DNA of 63,331 nt, filler included. It is 9 parts of 9 records of this genome, joined end to end, with 100 filler letters (N's around TTAATTAATTAA, not from the genome) between each part and the next. Parts side by side here need not be neighbours in the genome. Positions count along the whole stretch, not along the records: positions 30,427 to 35,827 come from SRR31147125_61220; positions 35,928 to 41,049 come from SRR31147125_61236; positions 41,150 to 46,387 come from SRR31147125_61254; 6 more parts are not named here. One strand, written 5' to 3'. Position 1 is the stretch's first letter, and each line of letters begins with the position of its first letter. Below, piece by piece: positions 32,409-41,379 of the stretch. The notes beneath the pieces were generated by a model that was not told the origin of the DNA, ran no database searches, and saw nothing but the letters and a program-made list of their open reading frames with translations. A program made the translations under genes and the position numbers.

Positions 32409-33776
32409 TTATAAACCCTGTAAAGCAGAAGTTAAATTGAGTCGCCCTCCGGATATGACAAGATCCTGAAAAGCTGGTACCTGATCTACTGACTCGACCA
32501 GTTTTGTTTTAATTTCAAGGTGAGATAAAGATGGAGCTTTTGCTAATAATAGACCGGCAGCACCTGCAACATGAGGACAAGCCATAGATGTTCCGCTCAA
32601 AGTTCGATAACCACCAGGAACGGTGCTATAAATAGCATCTCCGGGTGCCGCCAAATGCACTGTCGTCGGCCCATAATTGGAACTTGCGGAAACAGCCAAT
32701 GCGTTACTACAAATAAAACCGCAATCGTCTCCGCCACCACCACCGCCCCAAATAGGTCGTTGGTCCTCATCATTTGAAGCAGCGACAGAAATCACATTTG
32801 GAACATCATAACTGGCTGGATAAGATGGAAAAACATCATTATTTGTTCCTTCATTTCCGGCAGCCGCAACAAACAAAACGCCATTATCATGAGCATAAGT
32901 AATGGCATCCTTGACAGATTGGGAAAAGGAACCTCCACCCCAGCTGTTATTTAATACTTTTACGCCCATATCCGTCGCATATATTATTGCTCTGATAGCA
33001 TCGGATGCATTTCCTGCACCATCACTATCTAAAAACTTGAGCGGCATTAATTTAACCTGCCAATTAATTCCAACAACTCCCTTTTCATTGTTACCTGTTG
33101 CTCCAATAGTGCCGGCAACATGAGTTCCATGTAAATTATCATCATAAGCGTCATTGGTATTCGTAATAAAATTCCATCCTTTATAATCATCAATCAGGCC
33201 ATTATTATCATCATCTACCCCATTACCCGTAGATGGATCATTTGGATTCGCCCATTCATCTTCACCGGTATTCACATAGATATTATCGACCAAATCTTCA
33301 TGACTATAATCGATTCCAGTATCAATAATACCGATGATAACATTTTCACTGCCGGTGGTGATATCCCATGCGGTCACAGCTTTAATATCAGCTCCAGCCA
33401 CACCTCCTGATTGGCCAGTATTTTCCATAGCCCACAGCTGGCTGAAATCCGGATCATTTGGTTTGACAAATGTATGATACTTGAAATTGGGTTCTGCATA
33501 TTCGACTGAGCTAAGAGAATTCAACTCAGCCACAACCTGGTTCACATTCTTGTTGCTGGTTATTCTAAGCAAACGCACGTCAATGGGACGGATAAAACTG
33601 ACAACCTGTACGCCAACCGTGGAAAGGGTGCTTGATAAAGCTTGATTGTTTAAATCTTTTTTAAATTTGACCAATACTTCACCTTCTTCATATTGCGATT
33701 GATTTGGCACTTGTAAAGCGGCACTCATAATCAATGCAAAGAGACCTAGTCCTAATAAGTATATTATTTTTCTCAT
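32409..33776 (-). CDS. S8 family subtilisin-like serine peptidase
   Basis: Signal peptide, propeptide, catalytic IIDTG / HGTHVAG / SGTSMACP, and AAGN oxyanion residue. Confidence 0.95.
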   Translation of the reverse strand: MRKIIYLLGLGLFALIMSAALQVPNQSQYEEGEVLVKFKKDLNNQALSSTLSTVGVQVVSFIRPIDVRLLRITSNKNVNQVVAELNSLSSVEYAEPNFKYHTFVKPNDPDFSQLWAMENTGQSGGVAGADIKAVTAWDITTGSENVIIGIIDTGIDYSHEDLVDNIYVNTGEDEWANPNDPSTGNGVDDDNNGLIDDYKGWNFITNTNDAYDDNLHGTHVAGTIGATGNNEKGVVGINWQVKLMPLKFLDSDGAGNASDAIRAIIYATDMGVKVLNNSWGGGSFSQSVKDAITYAHDNGVLFVAAAGNEGTNNDVFPSYPASYDVPNVISVAASNDEDQRPIWGGGGGGDDCGFICSNALAVSASSNYGPTTVHLAAPGDAIYSTVPGGYRTLSGTSMACPHVAGAAGLLLAKAPSLSHLEIKTKLVESVDQVPAFQDLVISGGRLNLTSALQGL

Positions 33777-34084
33777 AAAATGCTCCTCAATTAAGACATC
33801 ATGTTAATTATTTAGGACGGGAATTTTATTTAAGAAAAGGGAGATTAATTTTAATGGGTATATATCATAGGAATAGGAATTGGCATTAGTACTAATGAGA
33901 GGCTGTTGAATTTCAGGTCTTAATAGCATAGTCTAAACACAAGTTAGTTGATATGTTTTCGCCCGATGCAGATAAAAGTGGACAAACCAGAATTTAAAAA
34001 AGAAAAATGGGTTTTAATTTCTGGTAACAAGTCGTTCGCTATTAAAACTAAAATTATGGCAAAATAATTTCCACTATTACGAAT

Positions 34085-34792
34085 TTAATAACCCCAAAAG
34101 GATTCAGAAAAGATGTGTTTTTCGTCAATCATGTTTGAATTCAACAGGGTTGTTATACCCTCAACCATCGCGGGAGGACCACACAGATAAAAGGCTGTGT
34201 CTTTTATATCAGTAACATAATCATTAATAAATTCAAAATTAATTGAACGTCGTTCGCCTTGCCATATTTTTTCCGTTTCTTTGGTTATGGTCGGCACATA
34301 AGTTAGTTTTTTATTCTCAGACAAATCAGAGAATAACTTGTGATAAGAAGTTGCTGCAAAGGATTTATTCGAATACAAAAGTGTTATGTCCTGTTTTGTA
34401 TTGTTCCACGTAGCATCCAGCACCATGCATTTAAAAGGGGTGATTCCAATGCCACCAGCAATGAATACGGCTTTAGAAGGAGCATCATGCAGATAGAATT
34501 TTCCTCGTGGACCAGAAAAATCAATTTGTGATCCCAGGGGCATACTCTTCAATGTTTCCTTAAATCCACTTCCACTCATTCGGGTGGCTATGACAATCTG
34601 TTCTTCATGTGGTGCGGATACGATTGTAAAAACACGGACCGGTCCTCTTTTATCCTCAAATAAAAGTTCTGGCAGCTTCAGGGACACATTTTGTCCCGCT
34701 TTAAACTCAAAACCTTCTGGTTTGGCAAAATAAAATTCCATGGTCTTTTGTGCTATCTCTTTTCGATCTAACAAAACGAGTTTTTGATCCAT
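34085..34792 (-). CDS. FAD/NAD(P)-binding oxidoreductase (ferredoxin-NADP reductase-like)
   Basis: FKAGQ, RVFTIVS, AGGIGITP, and YLCGPP motifs. Confidence 0.9.
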   Translation of the reverse strand: MDQKLVLLDRKEIAQKTMEFYFAKPEGFEFKAGQNVSLKLPELLFEDKRGPVRVFTIVSAPHEEQIVIATRMSGSGFKETLKSMPLGSQIDFSGPRGKFYLHDAPSKAVFIAGGIGITPFKCMVLDATWNNTKQDITLLYSNKSFAATSYHKLFSDLSENKKLTYVPTITKETEKIWQGERRSINFEFINDYVTDIKDTAFYLCGPPAMVEGITTLLNSNMIDEKHIFSESFWGY

Positions 34793-34910
34793 AGAGCAAA
34801 ATTCCTTTTTGTTAAGAATTCTATTTAAAATGCAAACATTGAATTTAACTACTCAGGCTTCCGGTTTTTTATTCAAAACTGTCAGATTAAAACATTTACA
34901 GCATCATTAT

Positions 34911-35827
34911 TTATGCTAATATAAAATCAACAAGTCTTTCGTTACGACTAATTCGGGTGACCTGTACCCTTACCTTATCACCCAATTTGTATTTTTTATC
35001 CTGGTATTGCCCGACAAGCATGTAGTTCTTTTCATCTAAAATATAATAATCGTCTGCCAGAGATGTAACATGAACAAGACCATCAATTAGTAGCTCGGAT
35101 ATTTGAACAAATATGCCAAAAGAAACAATTCGGGAGATGACGCCATCAAAAACATCGCCCACATGCCGCTCCAGGTACTCTAATTGTTTCATTTTTATAG
35201 AGGCTCGCTCAGCGTCCTGAGCACGAATTTCCTGCTCCGAATTCCTCTTGCAAATGTCCTCCAATTTTTTCACGTTCAGATTCGGAAACCCCTCTTTAGT
35301 GGCATTAAAATATTTCTTTAATAACCGGTGAACCATTAAATCAGGATAACGCCGAATAGGTGATGTGAAATGCGTATAATGTTTATAAGCCAGGCCAAAA
35401 TGGCCCGCGTTTTCTGTTGTGTATTTCGCTTTCATCATCGTTCGTAACATCGCCTCCTGTAGTACTGGTGACGCAGGATGAGTGGAAAGCTGCTCAGAAA
35501 ATCGTTGGAAATATTTTGGGGTTATTCTTTTTGGTTTTTTCATGGTTATTCCGAACGCAGCTGCCAGAAGTAATAGACCGTCTATACTGACAGCATCAGG
35601 CTTTTCATGAACACGATATACAAATGGGACCTTGTCCTCTCTCTTGAGATAATTTAACCCCTACGTGCCGTGCAACGGTTTCATTTGCCAGTAACATAAA
35701 TTCTTCGATAAGCCTGTGTGTAACAAGACGATCTCTTCTTCTGAGATTAACAGGATGCCCCTCATTATCCAACTCCACCTCGACCTCAAGGCTATCAAAA
35801 TTAATACTACCTCGTTGTTCTCTTTTT
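34911..35827 (-). CDS. rnr: Ribonuclease R, C-terminal part (5' truncated, frameshift near 35630-35660)
   Basis: LIEEFMLLANETVA, YRVHEKP, HFGLA..YTHFTSPIRRYPDL, and a C-terminal S1 domain. Confidence 0.92.
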
Positions 35828-35927
35828 NNNNNNNNNNNNNNNNNNNNNNNNNNNNNNNNNNNNNNNNNNNNTTAATTAATTAANNNNNNNNNNNNNNNNN
35901 NNNNNNNNNNNNNNNNNNNNNNNNNNN
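35828..35927. other. Artificial contig linker
   Basis: N-TTAATTAATTAA-N. Confidence 0.99.
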
Positions 35928-36009
35928 TTTTTTGTTATTTGATATTAAAATAAAAAACGCTATTACCAAGGCATAACGTCTTTACTGGAATAACGTATTA
36001 GTCTTTAAA

Positions 36010-36198
36010 TTACACACGTTCTAACTTAAGTTTTTTAAGCGCTTTTGCAGAAACTTTGACTTTTTTAACGTTGCCGTCTTCGTCTTTGATTCTGATTGTT
36101 TGTAAATTGCTCTTCCAAGTTCTACGTGTTGCGTTTAACGCATGACTACGTTTGTTTCCGAATACTGTTGATTTTCCTGTTACATAGCATTTAGCCAT
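36010..36198 (-). CDS. rpmB: 50S ribosomal protein L28
   Basis: [32 protein letters not shown] after AGGAG. Confidence 0.97.
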   Translation of the reverse strand: MAKCYVTGKSTVFGNKRSHALNATRRTWKSNLQTIRIKDEDGNVKKVKVSAKALKKLKLERV

Positions 36199-36507
36199 AC
36201 TCTCACTCCTAACTGCAGTATTAAATTTATCATAAATGATAAGAAAATGCAAGGCATTCATGATAATTCTTATTAATTATGTCACAAATATATGAAAATG
36301 GTGACTGCAATGTTAAAATCCGATAAATATTGCTTGAAAATCAAAGTATATGATATAATGACAATTGAGAAATACTGGATTATATTGCATTTTTATTTTT
36401 AATTATGCTATACTAGTATAGTAAATTATGTCTTAGATGAAAAACCTTAATTTAATAAAAATAACAAAGAGATGATTAAAGCATTAGAATCTTTAGGAGG
36501 ATCAAAT

Positions 36508-38166
36508 ATGGCGAATCAAACAGTCAGCGGATCTCTATTTAAAAAAATGGTAACAAATGGCGCGGTTAATTTAAAAAATAACCATAAGGAAATCGACCAT
36601 CTCAATGTCTTTCCAGTACCGGATGGTGACACTGGAACAAACATGCAAATGACAATGATGGCTGGTATTAAAGAAGTTAACAATTTAGACTCACAGTCTA
36701 TTATCGATATTTCAAAAATTTTATCACGAGGACTCTTAATGGGTGCTAGAGGAAACTCAGGTGTTATCCTCTCGCAATTTTTCCGTGGTGTTTATTCTGA
36801 AATCGCAAAAATTGATAATGGATCAGCAACCATTGAGGAATTCATTAAAGCATTAGTAGGTGGCTATCAAATGGCTTACCGTGCTGTGATGGATCCAGTC
36901 GAAGGTACCATTTTAACAGTTGTTAGAGAATCAGCAGAAAAAGTATTATTAGAACAACCTAATTTAAACAGTGTTGAAGATGTTTTAAAGATTTATTTAG
37001 AACAAGCTAGAGAAACACTAATTAAAACACCAGAACTATTACCAGTATTAAAAGAAGCAGGTGTAGTTGATAGTGGTGGGGCAGGATTTATTAAAATTAT
37101 TGAAGGTATGATAATGGCCCTTGAAGGTAATATGATTCAAGAAGCACATGCAACACCTCAACCAGAAATGAATCATGACCATTTCCATGGTGCTGAAATG
37201 CTTGGAGATGTTGATATTAAATATGGTTTTTGTACTGAATTTATTGTTCAAGTCGATGAACCGGAAAAATTTGATGAAAGTTATATGAAAGAACCATTGT
37301 CACAAATGGGTGATTCATTAGTAGTCGTTACTGATGATGACTTATTAAAAGTGCATGTGCATACAAATCAACCTGGTGTTGCATTAACACTTGCGCAAAA
37401 ATATGGTGAAATCATTAAAATTAAAATTGAAAACATGAGACAACAACATTCAACAATTATGAATCATCCAGATACTCAGGTTGCACCTAAAGTTGAAAAG
37501 AAGCAATCTAAATTTGGAATCATTGCAGTCGCATCTGGTGAAGGTATTCATGAAGCATTTAAAGAATTAGGCGTTGATCTTATTATAGATGGTGGACAAA
37601 CAATGAATCCATCAACAGAAGACTTTGTTAAAGCTGTTAAATCACTTCATTGTGAAAATGTTATTATTTTACCAAATAATAAAAACATTATTATGTCAGC
37701 TGAACAAACGATTGATTTATTAAGTGATCGCTCAATTAGAGTACTTCACACAAAAACAATTGCTCAAGGATATACATCATTAATGGCATTTGATCCAACA
37801 CAAGAACTCGATGATAATTTCGAAGAAATGACAGAAATTGTATCAAAAATGAGATCAGGTGAAATTACATTTGCAGTAAGAGATACTGAAATTAGTGGTG
37901 TTAAGATTAAAAAAGATGATTTCATTGGTATCACTGGTGGAAAAATCACAGTAGCTACACCTAAACGTGTTCAAACTGCAAAAAAACTACTTGATCAAAT
38001 CGTTGATCAAGACAGAGAAATTATTACGATATTCTTTGGCCTAGATTCTAAGCCAGAAGAAGTTGATCAAATTATAGCACATGCTAAGAAAATTAATCCT
38101 GATATTGATGTTGATCTTATCGAAGGTAAACAAGAAATTTATAGTTATATTTTCTCAGTAGAATAA
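36508..38166 (+). CDS. fakA: DAK2-domain fatty acid kinase subunit A (YloV)
   Basis: LNVFPVPDGDTGTNM, GARGNSGVILSQ, and GGQTMNPS motifs; ATG at 36508 after AGGAGG. Confidence 0.93.
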   Translation: MANQTVSGSLFKKMVTNGAVNLKNNHKEIDHLNVFPVPDGDTGTNMQMTMMAGIKEVNNLDSQSIIDISKILSRGLLMGARGNSGVILSQFFRGVYSEIAKIDNGSATIEEFIKALVGGYQMAYRAVMDPVEGTILTVVRESAEKVLLEQPNLNSVEDVLKIYLEQARETLIKTPELLPVLKEAGVVDSGGAGFIKIIEGMIMALEGNMIQEAHATPQPEMNHDHFHGAEMLGDVDIKYGFCTEFIVQVDEPEKFDESYMKEPLSQMGDSLVVVTDDDLLKVHVHTNQPGVALTLAQKYGEIIKIKIENMRQQHSTIMNHPDTQVAPKVEKKQSKFGIIAVASGEGIHEAFKELGVDLIIDGGQTMNPSTEDFVKAVKSLHCENVIILPNNKNIIMSAEQTIDLLSDRSIRVLHTKTIAQGYTSLMAFDPTQELDDNFEEMTEIVSKMRSGEITFAVRDTEISGVKIKKDDFIGITGGKITVATPKRVQTAKKLLDQIVDQDREIITIFFGLDSKPEEVDQIIAHAKKINPDIDVDLIEGKQEIYSYIFSVE

Positions 38167-38181
38167 ATTAAACAATCATTT

Positions 38182-38207
38182 AAAAAGGTGCTATGCACCT
38201 TTTTTTA
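38182..38207 (+). terminator. Intrinsic terminator
   Basis: AAAAAGGTGC-TAT-GCACCTTTTTTT after fakA. Confidence 0.85.
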
Positions 38208-38220
38208 TACATAAAATGGT

Positions 38221-38248
38221 TTGAATCATTATAAAAATATGTTATAAT
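38221..38248 (+). promoter_or_regulatory. Sigma70/SigA promoter of the tRNA
   Basis: TTGAAT-N16-TATAAT with TG extension, 12 bp before the tRNA. Confidence 0.7.
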
Positions 38249-38260
38249 CATAAGGCGTGT

Positions 38261-38346
38261 GCGGACGTGGTGGAATGGTAGACACGCAAGCTTGAGGGGC
38301 TTGTGGGCTTAGGCCCGTGTGAGTTCAAGTCTCATCGTCCGCACCA
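38261..38346 (+). tRNA. tRNA-Leu (GAG)
   Basis: Acceptor stem GCGGACG/CGTCCGC, anticodon arm CAAGC-TTGAGGG-GCTTG, long variable arm, GTTCAA T-loop, encoded CCA. Confidence 0.96.
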
Positions 38347-38535
38347 TATAACAAGCAATAGTCTGATACAATTGAGTATCAGGCTTTTTTGTCTTTGTTA
38401 AACCATTTAGTATATTAGAATTTGTACTAGACCTCACTGGAAATCAATATATGTTAACCCATTATAGTACAAAATTCAAAATGCTTACACGATTACATCT
38501 CAAATTACACGATTTAATTATCATTTACACGATTT
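38344..38535 (+). repeat. Composite repeat module, copy 1 (hairpin core + three ACACGATT boxes at 20-bp period)
   Basis: CCATAT..TGATACA..GTATCAGGCTTTTTTG, then TACACGATT at 38486, 38506 and 38526. Confidence 0.75.
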
Positions 38536-38595
38536 GAGGTTTTTTACATGATTATAACGTGTAAACTGATTATCGTTGAGAATATTTCAATATTA

Positions 38596-38649
38596 ATTGG
38601 AATATAACTTACACATAAATTGGAATAAAAACTTTACAATTATTGGAAT
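38596..38649 (+). repeat. ATTGGAAT direct repeats at 23-bp period
   Basis: Exact copies at 38596, 38619 and 38642, just upstream of the ATPase RBS. Confidence 0.75.
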
Positions 38650-38679
38650 TGGCGTATACTATAAGTGGAGGTAATAATT

Positions 38680-39939
38680 ATGATTCCTGATAATTATAAG
38701 AAGAGAATTATTGAAAAAGAAATTGAAGCTAAAATGAAATACAGTGGAGCTGTAGTTATAGAAGGTCCAAAGTGGACTGGTAAATCTACTACAGCTGAAC
38801 TTTATTCTAAAACTATTATTAAATTGCAAAATCCTATTACAAAAAAACAGTATCAAACTTTAGCAACCATTTCAAAAGAAGAAGTACTTTCTGGTGAAAA
38901 ACCAATTTTATTTGATGAATGGCATGAAGTTCCTGAAATTTGGGATTTTATAAGACTTGATATAGATGATAACAAATATAAAGGAGCTTATTTACTTACA
39001 GGTTCTACAAAAAAGCAAAACATTAACATATCTCATACAGGAACGGGAAGAATTAATTCTATATACATGCGTCCCATGAGTTTATTTGAAAGTGGAGATT
39101 CGATTGGAACGGTCTCGTTAGCTGATCTATTTGAAGGCAAAAAAATCAAAGTAGCTAAATCAAGAACAAGCATTAATGATATCGCTCATTATATTTGTCG
39201 CGGTGGATGGCCAGGTAGTCTAGAATTGCCATTAAAAGAACAACTTGCTATTCCTAAAGACTTACTTGAAAGTATTATATTAAAAGATGTAGATGAAGTT
39301 GACGGAGCCAAAAAAGACAAAGATAAAATTAGGAAACTCATACGCAGTTATGCAAGAAATATATCTACATTAGCAACCAGTAAAACGATATATAAAGATC
39401 AAGAAAACGAAGGTATTTCTATTGACTATAAAACATACGAAACTTATACAAATGCACTTCAAAGATTATACATTATTGAAAACCTTAAAGCTTGGTCTCC
39501 TGCTATTAGAAGTGCTAGCACGATTAGAACATCAGATAAAAAGCAATTTGTCGATCCAAGTATTGCTGTAGCTGCTTTGGGTTTGTCAGTAGATAAACTA
39601 AAACAAGACTTTGAAACATTTGGATTCTTTTTTGAATCGATATGTACAAGAGATATCAGAGTCTATGCTCAATCATTAGATGGTGAAGTCTATCATTACA
39701 ATGATTCATCTGGATTAGAAGTGGATTTAGTTATTGAGTTGAGGGATGGCAGATGGGCTGGTATCGAGGTGAAATTAGGTGAAAATGAAGTTGAAAAGGC
39801 TTCATCAAATCTTCTAAAAATTGCAAACATTCATAAAACTAAAAAACCTTCATTTTTGATGATACTTACAAACACTGAACTTTGTTATCAAAGAACTGAT
39901 GGTATTTATGTTATTCCTTTAGGACTACTAAAACATTAA
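38680..39939 (+). CDS. AAA+ ATPase with DUF4143 and C-terminal PD-(D/E)XK-like motif
   Basis: Walker A GPKWTGKS, FDEW, LTGS, RPMSL, GGWP, DPS, and EVDLVIE..GIEVK; ATG at 38680 after GGAGG. Confidence 0.9.
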   Translation: MIPDNYKKRIIEKEIEAKMKYSGAVVIEGPKWTGKSTTAELYSKTIIKLQNPITKKQYQTLATISKEEVLSGEKPILFDEWHEVPEIWDFIRLDIDDNKYKGAYLLTGSTKKQNINISHTGTGRINSIYMRPMSLFESGDSIGTVSLADLFEGKKIKVAKSRTSINDIAHYICRGGWPGSLELPLKEQLAIPKDLLESIILKDVDEVDGAKKDKDKIRKLIRSYARNISTLATSKTIYKDQENEGISIDYKTYETYTNALQRLYIIENLKAWSPAIRSASTIRTSDKKQFVDPSIAVAALGLSVDKLKQDFETFGFFFESICTRDIRVYAQSLDGEVYHYNDSSGLEVDLVIELRDGRWAGIEVKLGENEVEKASSNLLKIANIHKTKKPSFLMILTNTELCYQRTDGIYVIPLGLLKH

Positions 39940-40014
39940 TGTTTTTAAAATTTGATAGATGTTTAGATAATGTTTGTTTTGATTTCATATTAATGATTGG
40001 GAGGTTTAGTTAAG

Positions 40015-40446
40015 ATGAAGATTCAATACATTGATTTAAATGCAGATAATAAAATCTATTTTGATGTACTCAAGAGTGATCAATCGATTAATCGATATAT
40101 ACATGTAGATGATATAAAAATATATGTTGATTACTTACTTAAAACACCTAATGTTAAATACAAGTTTATTTTCCATAATGGTGCTTTAGTTGGAGCATTA
40201 CATATCGAAACTGCTGAAAAAGTTGGAACTTTCTCTATAGAGACTTTAAGTAAATTTCAAAAACAAGGTATTGGTTATCAAATACTAACTGATTTAAAAC
40301 AAAATAAATTTGAACTAGATATAAATGCTTATATTGTGTATATAGAATCTGACAACGTAAATTCAATTAAATTATTTGAAAAGTCTGAATTTATTCTAGA
40401 TGGTATACAAGATAACTTGCGTAAATACGTTTATATTATGAAATGA
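40015..40446 (+). CDS. GNAT family N-acetyltransferase (RimJ/RimL-like)
   Basis: FQKQGIG acetyl-CoA motif and NVNSIKLFEK; ATG at 40015 after GGGAGG. Confidence 0.8.
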   Translation: MKIQYIDLNADNKIYFDVLKSDQSINRYIHVDDIKIYVDYLLKTPNVKYKFIFHNGALVGALHIETAEKVGTFSIETLSKFQKQGIGYQILTDLKQNKFELDINAYIVYIESDNVNSIKLFEKSEFILDGIQDNLRKYVYIMK

Positions 40447-40508
40447 TTTATATCAGATATTCTCAAAAATACGCAAATAAGCAAACGACTTTATTAATTG
40501 TTTTATAA

Positions 40509-40581
40509 AGTTGCGCAAAAACAGGCTCAGGGTGCTGTAAATTTTGACAAGGGTGCGTAAAATCATATCAGGGGTGCGTAA
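40509..40581 (+). repeat. GGGTGCGTAA direct repeats at about 21-bp period
   Basis: GGGTGCTGTAA at 40530, GGGTGCGTAA at 40551 and 40572, weaker AGTTGCGCAA at 40509. Confidence 0.7.
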
Positions 40582-40605
40582 TTGTATTAAAATAGATCAC
40601 CTAAC

Positions 40606-40817
40606 CCATATTGAAAGCATAGGTTTGATACAAAAGCGAATTACCATTCGCCTCATGTATCAGGCCTTTTTTGACTCTATATAGGGTGATTTCTCTATTT
40701 ATCCAAATTTATCAAAGATAAAAAGCACATTGATTTTAGTCGATTTTTACATTTTGTATAGAGTTTCTACACGATTACACTTCAAAAAACACGATTTAAA
40801 ATGGTTTTAAACGATTT
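40606..40817 (+). repeat. Composite repeat module, copy 2
   Basis: CCATAT..TGATACA..GTATCAGGCCTTTTTTG, then ACGATT boxes at 40768, 40788 and 40808; the box block matches copy 1 at 39/50 nt without gaps. Confidence 0.75.
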
Positions 40818-40903
40818 AAAATGCAAAGATATCATTGTACTTATTTTGATTTTATTATATACTTATAGTAAGAAAGTTGGAAAGTAAGAAAAAAGGTGAT
40901 ATT

Positions 40904-41049
40904 ATGATTATAGAATTAAGAAAGAAATCGCAGATTACGATACCTAAAGAAATTGTTGATCAGTTACATCTTCAAGAAGGAGATCATCTTGAAATCTCAG
41001 TTAAGGATGGTGCAGTCCTACTAGAACCGGTGGCAATATACTCTAAATC
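40904..41049 (+). CDS. AbrB/MazE/SpoVT family DNA-binding protein (3' truncated)
   Basis: SQITIPKEIVDQLHLQEGDHLEI; ATG after AAGGTGA; AGTAAGAAA repeated twice upstream. Confidence 0.88.
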
Positions 41050-41149
41050 NNNNNNNNNNNNNNNNNNNNNNNNNNNNNNNNNNNNNNNNNNNNTTAATTA
41101 ATTAANNNNNNNNNNNNNNNNNNNNNNNNNNNNNNNNNNNNNNNNNNNN
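41050..41149. other. Artificial contig linker
   Basis: N-TTAATTAATTAA-N. Confidence 0.99.
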
Positions 41150-41379
41150 TGGGGTATGTCTCCCAACCCAAAATCCTCACAAGTTCAATATCTTGGTTTG
41201 CTTACTTGAAGGATCTCGTAATAATAAATAAAAGGCATTGTAAGAGATTCATTATGTCTTATTATTATGATATCATTGTGCTATTAATAGTAGCGTTTGT
41301 GTTGCTGATTTATTTGGTGGGGATCGTTCCTTTGATTTTCTTTCTTAACGAGGGCATGTAAATGGCTCCTGGTGTAATC

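Noticed and set aside
38486-38564. Plasmid or chromosomal replication origin
   Set aside because: No rep or dnaA gene and no TTATCCACA boxes; the boxes recur at 40768 with the hairpin, which fits a duplicated site better.
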